NCBI GenBank assembly: GCA_034669905.1
Contig: JAXMOL010000003.1
Span: 160,001 to 224,000, forward strand
Direction of reading: 5' to 3'
Length of the DNA: 64,000 nt
From: Candidatus Hydrogenedentota bacterium
GTDB lineage: Bacteria > Hydrogenedentota > Hydrogenedentia > Hydrogenedentales > JAEUWI01
Shown here one piece after another: positions 8,758 to 18,180 of the stretch (the stretch's first letter is position 1; every line of letters starts with the position of its first letter). The notes below the pieces were generated by a model. The model made no database searches. It had not been told where the DNA came from and saw nothing but the letters and a program-made list of their open reading frames with translations. Position numbers and translations under genes: made by a program.

Positions 8758-8777
8758 AAAACCCAGGGACGGACTAT
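8758..8777. repeat. Right terminal inverted repeat of the Rhs block (partial extra copy at 8629-8641)
   Basis: AAAACCCAGGGACGGACTAT versus the reverse complement of the left copy, AAAACACAGGGACAGACTAC. Confidence 0.6.
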
Positions 8778-8825
8778 GGTTTTCCTGGCTGTCCATCGTA
8801 TCCTGCGTTGCCCGCCTGAAAAAAC

Positions 8826-10220
8826 TCAGGAAATAATATCGTGGACCACGTTGCCATATACATCCGTGAGGCGGTAGTCCCGACCGGCGTAGCGATAGGT
8901 GAGTTGTTCGTGGTCCATGCCCATGAGGTGGAGGATGGTGGCGTGGAGATCGTGGACATGGACGGGTTTGTCGACGGCGTGCCAGCCGTAGTCGTCGGTG
9001 GCGCCGTAGGTGAGGCCGCCCCGGGTCCCGCCGCCAGCCATCCACATGGTGAAACCGAAGGGGTGATGCTCCCGCCCATTGTTGCCTTCGGCGGTGGGGG
9101 TGCGGCCAAATTCGCCGCCCCAGAGCACGAGGGTGTCATCTAACAAGCCCCGGGCCTTGAGATCCTTGAGCAGGCCCGCGATGGGCTTGTCGGTGGCCGC
9201 ACAGTTGTTGGCAAGCTCTTCCTTCAGTCCGCCGTGCTGATCCCAGAGTTGACAGCTGGAGCGTTTCGCGGTCTGGGTGTGGTAGACCTGCACGCAACGG
9301 ACGCCCCGCTCCGCGAGCCGACGGGCCATGAGGCACTGCTTACCAAAGATCTCCGTCGTGGGGTCGTCCATACCATAGAGTTTTTTGGTAGCTTCCGATT
9401 CGCCGTCGATGCCGAACGCCTCCGGCGCTTCCGTTTGCATGCGGTAGGCCAGCTCGAAGGATTCGATGCGTGCATCCAGGCGGCTGTCTGCGGCCCGCGA
9501 CTGGGCATGTTGTCGGTTGAGCTGTGCCAGGGCGTCTAACTGAACGCGCTGGGTGTTCCGGTCGAAGCGCCCATTGGAGAGGTTGTCGATGGGTTGGTCG
9601 AGGTCAGAGACCAGGGTGCCCTGATAGGCCGCCGGCAAAAAGCTCGAGCCCCAGAGCGGCGCGCCCTGGGCCGGTTGGGCGGGGCTCAACACCACAAAGC
9701 CGGGGAGGTCCTGCGTTTCATTGCCGAGGCCATAGAGCAGCCACGACCCGAGACTGGGGCGCGAAAAGGTCTGCTCTCCCGTGTTCATCTGGAGACAGGC
9801 ACCATTGTGGTTGATGTTGTCGGCCACCATGGAGCGGATGACGCAGAGGTCATCGGCGCACGTGGCAAGATGGGGAAGGAGTTCGCTGATCTCCATACCA
9901 CTCTGGCCATGCCGCGCGAATTCCCAGGGCGAGCCGAGCAAGTTGCCCGTCTGGGTGCGGTGGAGGGCCGGTTTCTCGAAGGGGAGGGGCTTTCCGTTTT
10001 CCGTGCGGAGACGGGGCTTGGGGTCGAAGAGGTCCACGTGGGACGGCCCACCCGACATGAAGAGGAAGATGATGCGTTTCGCCTTGGGGATGAGATGGGC
10101 CGGGGCCGCTACCGCCGGGCCATTGCAGAGCCCGGCGAGGCCCAGCATGCCGAAGCCATTGGCGAAGGTGCGCAGGGCTTCGCGGCGGGTCGGGCCTTTG
10201 GCGGTGTACGTTGATTTCAT
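8826..10220 (-). CDS. DUF1501 domain protein (Tat-like N-terminus)
   Basis: [79 protein letters not shown]. Confidence 0.92.
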   Translation of the reverse strand: MKSTYTAKGPTRREALRTFANGFGMLGLAGLCNGPAVAAPAHLIPKAKRIIFLFMSGGPSHVDLFDPKPRLRTENGKPLPFEKPALHRTQTGNLLGSPWEFARHGQSGMEISELLPHLATCADDLCVIRSMVADNINHNGACLQMNTGEQTFSRPSLGSWLLYGLGNETQDLPGFVVLSPAQPAQGAPLWGSSFLPAAYQGTLVSDLDQPIDNLSNGRFDRNTQRVQLDALAQLNRQHAQSRAADSRLDARIESFELAYRMQTEAPEAFGIDGESEATKKLYGMDDPTTEIFGKQCLMARRLAERGVRCVQVYHTQTAKRSSCQLWDQHGGLKEELANNCAATDKPIAGLLKDLKARGLLDDTLVLWGGEFGRTPTAEGNNGREHHPFGFTMWMAGGGTRGGLTYGATDDYGWHAVDKPVHVHDLHATILHLMGMDHEQLTYRYAGRDYRLTDVYGNVVHDIIS

Positions 10221-10395
10221 CGGCTCCCCTCCAGTTATGCGTTACGGGTATGGAATATTACTATAGCATAGAGCAACCAGAAGAAAAGCATGACGAACGA
10301 TGCGTGTTGACAGCCCACCCAAGGGGGGGACTGCCAACACGGGGGCATTGCGCGGACCTATTCAGTGGCCGGTCTGCAATCGGCATCCGGTCGGA

Positions 10396-13068
10396 CTATC
10401 GCTGAAGAAAGGCGACAACATTATCACCGTTGGTGGCCGCAAGGTCGACTTTTCCATCGTCGTTGAAATCGCCGGATACAAGGGCCGCGGGGTTGTTGGC
10501 TGCCGTAATGCGTGCTCCATCCTGGAAGGTGCCATCGCCTTTGCCAAGAAAGACGTAGATGTCCGGGCTGGCGCTGACCGCAATGTCTACGTTGCCATCC
10601 CCATCGAAGTCATCTGTTACGACTGGGCCGGGCGTTCCGGTGACCGCGATACGGCGTTCCGCAGCGAAGGTGCCATCGCCCGTACCAATGAGGAGAGAAA
10701 GGTCGCGACTCCCGCGATTTGCCGTCAGCAGATCGGGCGTGTTGTCACCATTCACGTCCAGGGCGAAGATCGAGGCCACCGAGCTGCCCGCGTCATATCG
10801 GACGGCCGCGCCAAAAGAGCCATCGCCTGCGCCGAGCAGGATGGCAACGTCGTCGGTATAGTTATTACCCGTCGCTATGTCGGTGTTTCCGTCCCCATCA
10901 AAGTCGGCGCTCGTCAGCGACTGGGGGGCGGAAAGTCCCACCATGGCCCGTATTTCACCCTGGAAACTCCCATCGCCATTATTCAGCAGCACAGAGACGT
11001 CGTCACTGGAACTGTTTGCTGTGGCCAGATCCACATTGCCGTCGCCATTCCAATCGGCCGCGAGGATCGCATAGGGAAAGTTGCCTACGGACAGGTCTGT
11101 CGTGGCACCAAAGGTGCCATCGCCGTTGCCCGCCACTACAGAAACCGTGCTGCTGCCATTGAGGAGGGCAATATCGAGGGCGGGATCGCCGAGGAACTGG
11201 CCGACCGCGACATCGAAGGAGCCATCGCCTGCACTGCGGAGTTCTGCGCCGAAGGTGCCGTCATTGCGCCCCAGTAATACGGAAAGATCACTGCCAATCG
11301 AATGGGTGGTGATAAAGTCCACGACGCCGTCGCCGTCGAAATCTCCGGTTCGCAAGGTTTGGGGCAACTCGCCCACGGGATAGAGCGCCTCCTCGGCAGC
11401 AAAGGTACCATCCCCCATGCCCGTCAGGACCGAAACATCGTCGGTGTTGTCGTTTGCGATGGTGACATCAAAGTTCCCATCCTCGTTGAAATCGCCCAGC
11501 GCAGCGGCGTAGGGGCTGGCCAGCGCCAGGCGGAAAGCATCTGGGAAGGAACCAGCTCCGTTTCCGCGAAGGACAGTCATGCCATCTCCTTCTTCGCTGA
11601 TAGCCACCAGATCGGAATTGCCGTCCGCGTCGAAGTCCGCAGTGAGGATGGAACTGGAGAAGTCCTCTATCTCCACAAACTGTTCGGCCTCAAAGTTGCC
11701 TAGCCCCGTGCCGAAGAAAATAGAAATGCGATCGCTTCGGCTTTTCGCCAGGGCCAAATCCAGTTCGCCATCCTGATTGAAATCAGCGGTCGTAATGGAG
11801 CGGGGTCCAAAGCCGGAAGTGAGAAGTCGGTCTGCCTGGAAGGTGCCATCACCGTTGCTCAGCAGGAGGGATACCTGGTCGGTGTCGAAATCGGCCGTAG
11901 CCAAATCGACGTTTCCGTCCTTATTGAAATCACCGGCTAGAATCGAGCGGGCAAAGACGTCCTCGGCACCCACGAGCATTTCCAACTGGAAGGTGGCATC
12001 GCCGTTGCCGAGCAACACGGAAACCTTAGCACCATAGCGATTGGCTAGCGCCAGGTCCACCTGACTGTCACCGTTGAAATCGGCCGCCACAACCGCACTG
12101 GCAAAATCGCCACCCACCACGCGCTGTTCTTCCTGGAAGGTACCATCACCATTGCCGAGTACGATCGATACATCACCCCCCTGATTGTTGACCACAGCCA
12201 GGTCCTGATTGTCATCGCCGTTGATATCGGTGACCGTCACCGCAATGGGTGACATGCCCACCGCATAGCGCGTTTCCCGTTGCAGGCTGCCATCGCCATT
12301 GCCCAGAAGGACCGACACGCTGTCATCACGATTGTTTGCCGTGACCACATCGACGTGTCCGTCGGCGTTAAAATCACCGGTCGAAATGCCTTGGGGCGTT
12401 TGGCCCACGGGGAAACGTCGCGGCACGGTAAACAGTGTCTGGGCGAGTAGATTCAATCGGATGGTGCCAACATCGATGGCACCCGCCATGGTGGGGACCT
12501 CTGCGGCTTCACCACGATAGTTATTGTCCGTATCCAGGCGGGCGGAGACCGTGAGGGTGGGACGGGGCTCTGCGGTGCTGTCCACTTCTACCATGAGCGA
12601 AAAAAAGCCGCCCGCGTTGGTGGTGGTGCTGCCACCGAGGTTGGTGGTGATAGTCACATCGGGTGCCGGCTGGTCATCATCGAAAACCACCGAGCCCGTG
12701 ACCGTAGCCGTGAAGGTTTCGCCCTCGCCCTCGCCTTCGCCTTCGCCTTCACCTTCACCTTCACCTTCACCTTCGCCACCACCAGGCCCGGAAGAAAGGG
12801 TGATGTTGACGGAACTGCCACTGCTCACCTGAGTTCCCGCTGTCGGACTCTGGGAAAGGGTGAGGCCGGCGGCAACCGATTCGCTGGGGGCCTCAGCTAC
12901 GCTGCCGAGGACCAGTCCCACATCGACCAGCGCGGTCTGGGCGTCTGTCTGGCTAAGCCCGGCAAGATCTGGCACGGTAATCTGTGGGGTTGTGGGTGGG
13001 CAGCCCACAAGGAATAGGGTCCCGAAAGCAAGTAGTACGAAAGGAACGACTTGGACACGAATTCGCAT
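10396..13068 (-). CDS. Lipoprotein with PASTA domain, (GE)n linker and FG-GAP/VCBS repeats
   Basis: Lipobox LVGC; VPDLAGLSQTDA...SQSPTAGTQV (PASTA); GEGEGE run; about 12 GDFNxDGxxD...VSVLLGNGDGTF repeats. Confidence 0.9.
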   Translation of the reverse strand: MRIRVQVVPFVLLAFGTLFLVGCPPTTPQITVPDLAGLSQTDAQTALVDVGLVLGSVAEAPSESVAAGLTLSQSPTAGTQVSSGSSVNITLSSGPGGGEGEGEGEGEGEGEGEGEGETFTATVTGSVVFDDDQPAPDVTITTNLGGSTTTNAGGFFSLMVEVDSTAEPRPTLTVSARLDTDNNYRGEAAEVPTMAGAIDVGTIRLNLLAQTLFTVPRRFPVGQTPQGISTGDFNADGHVDVVTANNRDDSVSVLLGNGDGSLQRETRYAVGMSPIAVTVTDINGDDNQDLAVVNNQGGDVSIVLGNGDGTFQEEQRVVGGDFASAVVAADFNGDSQVDLALANRYGAKVSVLLGNGDATFQLEMLVGAEDVFARSILAGDFNKDGNVDLATADFDTDQVSLLLSNGDGTFQADRLLTSGFGPRSITTADFNQDGELDLALAKSRSDRISIFFGTGLGNFEAEQFVEIEDFSSSILTADFDADGNSDLVAISEEGDGMTVLRGNGAGSFPDAFRLALASPYAAALGDFNEDGNFDVTIANDNTDDVSVLTGMGDGTFAAEEALYPVGELPQTLRTGDFDGDGVVDFITTHSIGSDLSVLLGRNDGTFGAELRSAGDGSFDVAVGQFLGDPALDIALLNGSSTVSVVAGNGDGTFGATTDLSVGNFPYAILAADWNGDGNVDLATANSSSDDVSVLLNNGDGSFQGEIRAMVGLSAPQSLTSADFDGDGNTDIATGNNYTDDVAILLGAGDGSFGAAVRYDAGSSVASIFALDVNGDNTPDLLTANRGSRDLSLLIGTGDGTFAAERRIAVTGTPGPVVTDDFDGDGNVDIAVSASPDIYVFLGKGDGTFQDGARITAANNPAALVSGDFNDDGKVDLAATNGDNVVAFLQR

Positions 13069-13445
13069 AGCAACAATAACTCCGTGGCGTTAGTTTGTTG
13101 CGAAAACTGCGCAGGCAGTTCCCGCTTCCAATGGTGTTAGGCATGCGCCCCTTACTCGGATGATGAGACCTGCCCGACTCTCCGCTGAAGGTGTTGAGAG
13201 AAGCCCTGCACACCTTCACTAGAGATTAACATATTTTCTATAGATAGGGACTCTGTAAATAGTAACAGGGAATACTGGAGTGAAGGCAACTGGATTCCCG
13301 GAAAGGGGGGCGGTATGCACATCGTGCGTGCCAAAGAGTAGCGATAGGCCAGGGGGCTGTATGGAAGGGGCGGCGGAAGGAGACCCAAGGGGCATCGGGA
13401 TGAAGTGGGGTAGTGGGTAGGCGAGTTTCCAGGCTCCGGCGCCTT

Positions 13446-14321
13446 TTACCGGGTATGCCGCGTGAAAAAATCAATGGCCCGCACGGCATACGTTTCAAAT
13501 TCCCCGTCATACTCTCCCTTTGGATTTCCGTGGGGTGTGGTGGGCCAGGCAACTTCGACGGTGTAGCCTGCTGTCGTCAGTGAGGCGGCGAATTCCTTCG
13601 CTATACCAAGGCGCGTGTCGAGCGTTCCACACATGACGAGGTAGGGCACCTTGTCTGCACCGACTGCCGGCACCATGCCCGCCGCACCCGCCACCCGAGG
13701 GTCGAAAAGGTCGCCGAGGCGCTCCGGAATCTTCTGCGCGTTTTTCCGGTCGCTTAGAAAGGCGCGGGGCTCGTCCACCGCGCCGAAGCTTTCAATCAGC
13801 AGCCGCCCATCCGGCGTGGACCACGTCCCCGCTGCGAAGGGGGCGCAGGCCTGCACGACTTCAGGATGGGCCAGGGCGAAGCGATGGGTGAACTGGCCGC
13901 CCATGGAATAGCCGTTCAATAGTATTTTGTCGTGGACCTTGAACTCCGCCTGCACTGCCCGGAGTACGGCCAGGAGAAAGGCGGCCTCGCCGAGGGACGG
14001 AAAGCGACTGACCTGCTTGTCGGACGTGATGAACTCCGGTTGAATCACGATAGCGCTCAGCTCCGATTCATCGGCGCGGTGTCGGAGGGCACGGGCTTTG
14101 GGATTCTTCTCCGCGTTGCCGCCCCCACCATGGACCACGACGAGGGGCCAGTAGGTGGTGGTGGGCTCGAAGTCAGCGGGCAGCGCGATGTAGTAGTTGC
14201 GGACTTCGTCGCTGTGTTCCATCGTGCGGTGTTGGGGCGCGGTTTCCTGGGCGTAGGCGTGCCCCGAGGTCAGCAAAATACCGAGGGTGACATATATTGC
14301 GCTGTGGCCAATAGGGTACAT
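13446..14321 (-). CDS. Secreted alpha/beta hydrolase (esterase/PHB-depolymerase-like)
   Basis: Signal peptide ending AYA, VVVHGGGG, nucleophile motif GYSMGG, late His (TPHG). Start taken at MYPIGH (14321). Confidence 0.8.
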   Translation of the reverse strand: MYPIGHSAIYVTLGILLTSGHAYAQETAPQHRTMEHSDEVRNYYIALPADFEPTTTYWPLVVVHGGGGNAEKNPKARALRHRADESELSAIVIQPEFITSDKQVSRFPSLGEAAFLLAVLRAVQAEFKVHDKILLNGYSMGGQFTHRFALAHPEVVQACAPFAAGTWSTPDGRLLIESFGAVDEPRAFLSDRKNAQKIPERLGDLFDPRVAGAAGMVPAVGADKVPYLVMCGTLDTRLGIAKEFAASLTTAGYTVEVAWPTTPHGNPKGEYDGEFETYAVRAIDFFTRHTR

Positions 14322-14365
14322 GCCCCACAGGGTAGCACGAATTGGGTGGCGCCTGCGGCCCGGCC

Positions 14366-15037
14366 CTATAGCGACCGGGAATAACGACACCGTGGAAAGT
14401 CTGCGCAGGAGAGGAAGAGGTGTCCTGCGTTTGCTCCTCGCCGGGCGGTACGCTCCACCAGCGGACTGCCGCATTGGGGGCAGTGTTGACCCGCTTCGGG
14501 GAAAGGGCACGCCGCGGATTCCTCCGGCTCTGAAAGGGCGGGCACGCTGCTTTCGCCCGCGAGGGCCTGATTTATCTGGGCGTGGAGCGCTGCCGGATCA
14601 TAGTGGCGCGCCGTGGGAATCATGAGCAGGGGGAAGTGGGCGTTCTTGCAGGCCCCCGCAAGGAATGCGTCTCGCTCCCGTCGGTCCTTTCGCTGGTGAG
14701 AGCGATCGTTGAGTTCGATGGCGCAGCGCATCTGTCCGGTTTCGGCATCGACCAGCACGAAATCAAAATGTTTTCCCGCGATCTTGTTAAAGGAACGCTG
14801 CCACGTGCTGCGGTCCAGTCCCTTCTCGGGCTGCAAGACATCGGCCACCCGCACCTTGCCGAAGACCAGGAGCTCTTCGGGCATTGCCGCGTGCAGGGCC
14901 TGGAGGAAGCGCCACTCCGCCGGGGTGAAGAGTTGTGCCCGTTGGCGATAGGGGTAGCGAGTCCGGGTGTTGCGGGCCACCAGGAATGCCAGACCCAGGA
15001 GAAGGAAGATGAAGACGAAGATAGAGAGGTTTTGCAT
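14366..15037 (-). CDS. DUF2726 domain protein with C-terminal topoisomerase-type C4 zinc finger
   Basis: LFTPAE, KVRVAD, KHFDFVL, IELNDRSH, RERDAF; CPQCG...FLSCADFPRC; N-terminal TM helix. Confidence 0.9.
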   Translation of the reverse strand: MQNLSIFVFIFLLLGLAFLVARNTRTRYPYRQRAQLFTPAEWRFLQALHAAMPEELLVFGKVRVADVLQPEKGLDRSTWQRSFNKIAGKHFDFVLVDAETGQMRCAIELNDRSHQRKDRRERDAFLAGACKNAHFPLLMIPTARHYDPAALHAQINQALAGESSVPALSEPEESAACPFPEAGQHCPQCGSPLVERTARRGANAGHLFLSCADFPRCRYSRSL

Positions 15038-15149
15038 GGCGTGTGTCCCCGGTGAATGCGGTGTGAGGACGGATCATAACAGAGATGCGCACGGAGATTG
15101 GAAGGGGACCAGAGGGGGATGCGTGGCGGATGGGTTGGACGAGCTGCAA

Positions 15150-15682
15150 AAAAGAGTTGAACCACGAATGGACTCGAATTTACACGAATGGTGGCGGTAA
15201 TAGAAGGGCACCGAGAAACTAATGGAGGGTGCTAATCCGCACGCTTCGCGGTAAGTGGTCGTCCCGTTTTGTTCTCTTCCGTGACATTCTGTGCCTTCCG
15301 TGGTCGTACTGCATTTTCTCCCCGCGAGAACGTAGGGTGCTACCACGAGAGGCACGGAAATACACGGAAGGGGCTGAAATAAACGGAAGGCGGTCGACCG
15401 CCTCCAAAAGTTGAACCACGAATGGACTCGAAGTAACACGAATGGTGGCGGTAATAGAAGGGCGCTGAGCAGTTAATGGGTGGTGCTGATCCGTATGGCT
15501 TCGCGGTAAGTGGTCGTCCCGTTTTGTTCTTTTCCGTGACATTCTGTGCCTTCTGTGGTCGTACTGCATTTTCTTCCCGTGTGAACGTAGGGGGGCTACC
15601 ACGGAAGGCACGGAAATTTACGGAAGGCGGTCGGCCGCCTCAAAAAGTTGAACCACGAATGGACTCGAATTTACACGAATAG
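15150..15682. repeat. Tandem repeat of a roughly 240-255-bp non-coding unit (2 units plus the start of a third)
   Basis: GTTGAACCACGAATGGACTCGAA at 15156, 15410 and 15647. The intervening sequences are also homologous and contain CACGGAA-type motifs in both orientations. Confidence 0.92.
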
Positions 15683-16242
15683 CTTTGGCCGCGGAAGAAC
15701 CTGCCGCAGCCCTTGGTTGCAACCCGAAAAAGAGAATCTAAGACACTTATTGCTACGGGACCCTGGTAACGAGTGGGCAATTCAGAATCTTTCTCAAAGG
15801 CACCTTGCATCTTTGCAGACCAAATCGATTTCGGGACGCGCTGATCGAGCAGAAAGCTCGTGGCCAAGGTCTTGTAGTGGCAGACCTGGTCGGCCTCCCA
15901 TCGGGCATCGCGGTTGAGGAGGGGGCCATGATTTTCGCGACGGCGGGGTCGGCCTCTCTACTTGCCCGGGCGTGGAGCAAGAAGGAGCGGGTCTGGCGGG
16001 CGAGGATGTCTTCTACGGCGCGGGCCATTTCTTCGCTTACGGGCGGAGGACTTCTCACTGATTGCGAAGCCCATCTTTGAGTTGTCTTTCACGAGAGAAA
16101 ACCGGTGTAATTGTGCTACGCGGTCCTGCGGATATGCCCCCGGCGTTGGGCCGCTATCGCAGATCGCACCGTTGCAACGGGATGGCGCTTTGCCCATAAT
16201 GAATCTTTCGGGACGCCCAACCTACGGGGAGAAAGGCAGACG

Positions 16243-17337
16243 ATGACCGCGATCCAGGACCAAGCCGAGTTTGAGCAACTTCCCGATCTCTATCAGCGCT
16301 GGGTGACGGAATTGCTCCCCGACGGGATACCCCGGGAACGGGAGGCCACGTGCCTGGATTGCGCCATGTGCGGTACGCCTGGTGAAGCCAACCTAAGTGC
16401 CCTGGTCTTCTACAACCGGGAGACTAAATGCTGCACCTATTTTCCCGAACTGCCCAACTTCCTCGTGGGGCGGGCCGTCGCCGTGGATACGCCAGGCGGT
16501 GAAGCCTTGCGGCGTTTCATCGAGGACGATGGTGACTCCCGGGGATTGGCGACACTCCGTTCGGTCCGTCCCCATGAAAAAATTACGACGGTCTACGTCC
16601 ACCACCGTGCCGAGGGTTTCGGACAGGACCCGGAAATGGCTTGCCCCTATGCGATTGACGGTGGGGGCGATGTGGGCCGGGTCTGCGGGATCTGGAAGCA
16701 CCGCAACAGCGTCTGCTCCACCTGGTTTTGCAAACATACGAAGGGCGTCACAGGATTTTATTTCTGGCGCGCCCTGCAGGGTTGGCTCGACCACCTTGAG
16801 CGGGCCATGTCCTGGTGGGCCATAAGCCAGGTGCTGGATACCCCGGCGGCGGTTCTGTCGGCGGGCGAATATCGGGTCAATCAACGGCATGAAATTACCC
16901 TGCGCGACGATGCCTGGTCCCACTGGCCGGGCAGTCGCAGTGCCTTTTACGAGGCCTGCGCCGACAAAGTCGAAGGGCTTTCCGCCGCGGAGGTCGTGCG
17001 CATTGCCGGGGTGGAAGCCCAACTCCACCTGGTGGAAGTCGGCACCCGCCTCACCGAAGTCCATGCGACCCTTCCCCCGGCCCGACTCAAGGTCGCGCCC
17101 TATTCCATCATTCAGCAGGAGGAAACTCGGACGATTCTCCAGGCGCACCACTGGCCGGAGGCCTTACACGTGCCAAACAGCCTTATCCCGGTGCTGCGGT
17201 ATTTTGACGGGAGCCCAACGGAAACTACGCTGGAACGTATTCGGGTGGCGACACAGATTCGCCTGTCACCGGGCCTGGTACGGCGCCTCTACGATTTTGG
17301 CATTCTCGAGAAAATTTCGGGAGTTGGGCCGGGGTAG
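16243..17337 (+). CDS. Cys-cluster protein (YkgJ/CxxCxxCC, FliB-like metal or Fe-S domain) with a possible C-terminal winged-helix/RRE-like domain
   Basis: CLDCAMC...KCCTY...ACPY...VCGIWKHRNSVCSTWFC. C-terminal region of strands then helices ending VRRLYDFGIL. Start ATG 16243. Confidence 0.7.
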   Translation: MTAIQDQAEFEQLPDLYQRWVTELLPDGIPREREATCLDCAMCGTPGEANLSALVFYNRETKCCTYFPELPNFLVGRAVAVDTPGGEALRRFIEDDGDSRGLATLRSVRPHEKITTVYVHHRAEGFGQDPEMACPYAIDGGGDVGRVCGIWKHRNSVCSTWFCKHTKGVTGFYFWRALQGWLDHLERAMSWWAISQVLDTPAAVLSAGEYRVNQRHEITLRDDAWSHWPGSRSAFYEACADKVEGLSAAEVVRIAGVEAQLHLVEVGTRLTEVHATLPPARLKVAPYSIIQQEETRTILQAHHWPEALHVPNSLIPVLRYFDGSPTETTLERIRVATQIRLSPGLVRRLYDFGILEKISGVGPG

Positions 17338-17459
17338 CCCAGCCCGTATTTACCGCCCAAGGGCCCGAAATCACGATGCGCTTTTCGTAAATGCGCATTT
17401 TTCATCATTTCCGGGGGCAGCGCTGGCGTTGTGAGACGGGCCCATCCCTCCGGGCTCGG

Positions 17460-17487
17460 TTGCAATGTGACGACTTTGCCGTATAAT
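17460..17487 (+). promoter_or_regulatory. Putative sigma70 promoter of the 70-aa peptide gene
   Basis: TTGCAA-N16-TATAAT about 80 bp upstream of ATG 17568. Confidence 0.5.
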
Positions 17488-17567
17488 TACAGTACGTGCG
17501 GGTGCACCCCTCTGTGGGGTATGTCCCTAAGTAGATTGGCAAGCAGGGAAAACGAGAGGAAAGAGCA

Positions 17568-17780
17568 ATGGCTAACGTGGACGTAAATGATCTGGACAAG
17601 GAAAAAAACGACCCGAAAAAAGAGACCACCCTCAGTGAAGAAGACGTTAGTCACGTGAAGGGCGGGGCCGGTTATCTCAAGATCGGGGATATCAAAGGGG
17701 AATATACATCGACGACGGGCGGTAAACAGGAGCCTTATATTGTCGCGCCTACGATCGACAAGAAGGTATTCAAATTCTAA
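17568..17780 (+). CDS. 70-aa peptide with a double-glycine-type leader (candidate RiPP/bacteriocin-like precursor)
   Basis: GAGAGGA RBS. Leader ends TLSEEDVSHVKGG (family pattern LSxxEL..V.GG). 37-aa core AGYLKIGDIKGEYTSTTGGKQEPYIVAPTIDKKVFKF. Confidence 0.75.
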   Translation: MANVDVNDLDKEKNDPKKETTLSEEDVSHVKGGAGYLKIGDIKGEYTSTTGGKQEPYIVAPTIDKKVFKF

Positions 17781-18057
17781 GGTCAAAGACTACGCGACGC
17801 TCCCTGTTGAGGGCTGGCGGGGTCCAATCGTCTTTTTCGGCGAGTCATGCGTCATAGACGTGAGGCAGTAGGGAATTGGGACCCATCCATTGTGTCCCGA
17901 CGTAGGCGGCGCGGGCGTTCTCAAGTTTGATGATTATGACGGGCACGGTGTTCACAAGCGTGTTGTGGCTATCCACGGCAGCACACCGCCCATCGACAGA
18001 AAGGGCCTGAAGGGATAAGCGTTTTCGCTCGGGCTTCGAACAACACCATGAAGTATC

Positions 18058-18090
18058 CACTCCCGTCGCATGCGACGGGGGTGTTTTTTT
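18058..18090 (+). terminator. Rho-independent terminator
   Basis: CACTCCCGTCGCATGCGACGGGGGTG hairpin followed by TTTTTTT. Confidence 0.8.
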
Positions 18091-18180
18091 GTCTGGCACG
18101 GGAGAGGATGCCCAAGAGCCTATTGACTTGTTTTTGTCGGTCGGCGCAAGGCAGTCGTTGGCCGCAGCCGTGAAGCGAGG

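Noticed and set aside
13311..13335. Sigma54-like promoter TGGCACG...TGC upstream of the FG-GAP gene
   Set aside because: The GG-to-GC spacing is 12 rather than the required 10 nt.
15150..15682. Possible CRISPR array (three roughly 30-bp repeats)
   Set aside because: The intervening segments are over 200 bp and homologous to each other rather than unique 30-40-bp spacers, and no cas genes are present.
15700..16080. Overlapping short minus-strand ORFs, possibly a decayed transposase
   Set aside because: No diagnostic motif could be identified with confidence.
17568..17780. A true hcp gene
   Set aside because: It is only 70 aa with a leader-like N-terminus, it lacks most of the roughly 160-aa Hcp fold, and no T6SS genes are nearby.
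17845..18099. Minus-strand ORF containing IIKLENAR (faintly Hcp-like)
   Set aside because: It is on the opposite strand to the peptide, overlaps the terminator and has no RBS. Treated as chance.
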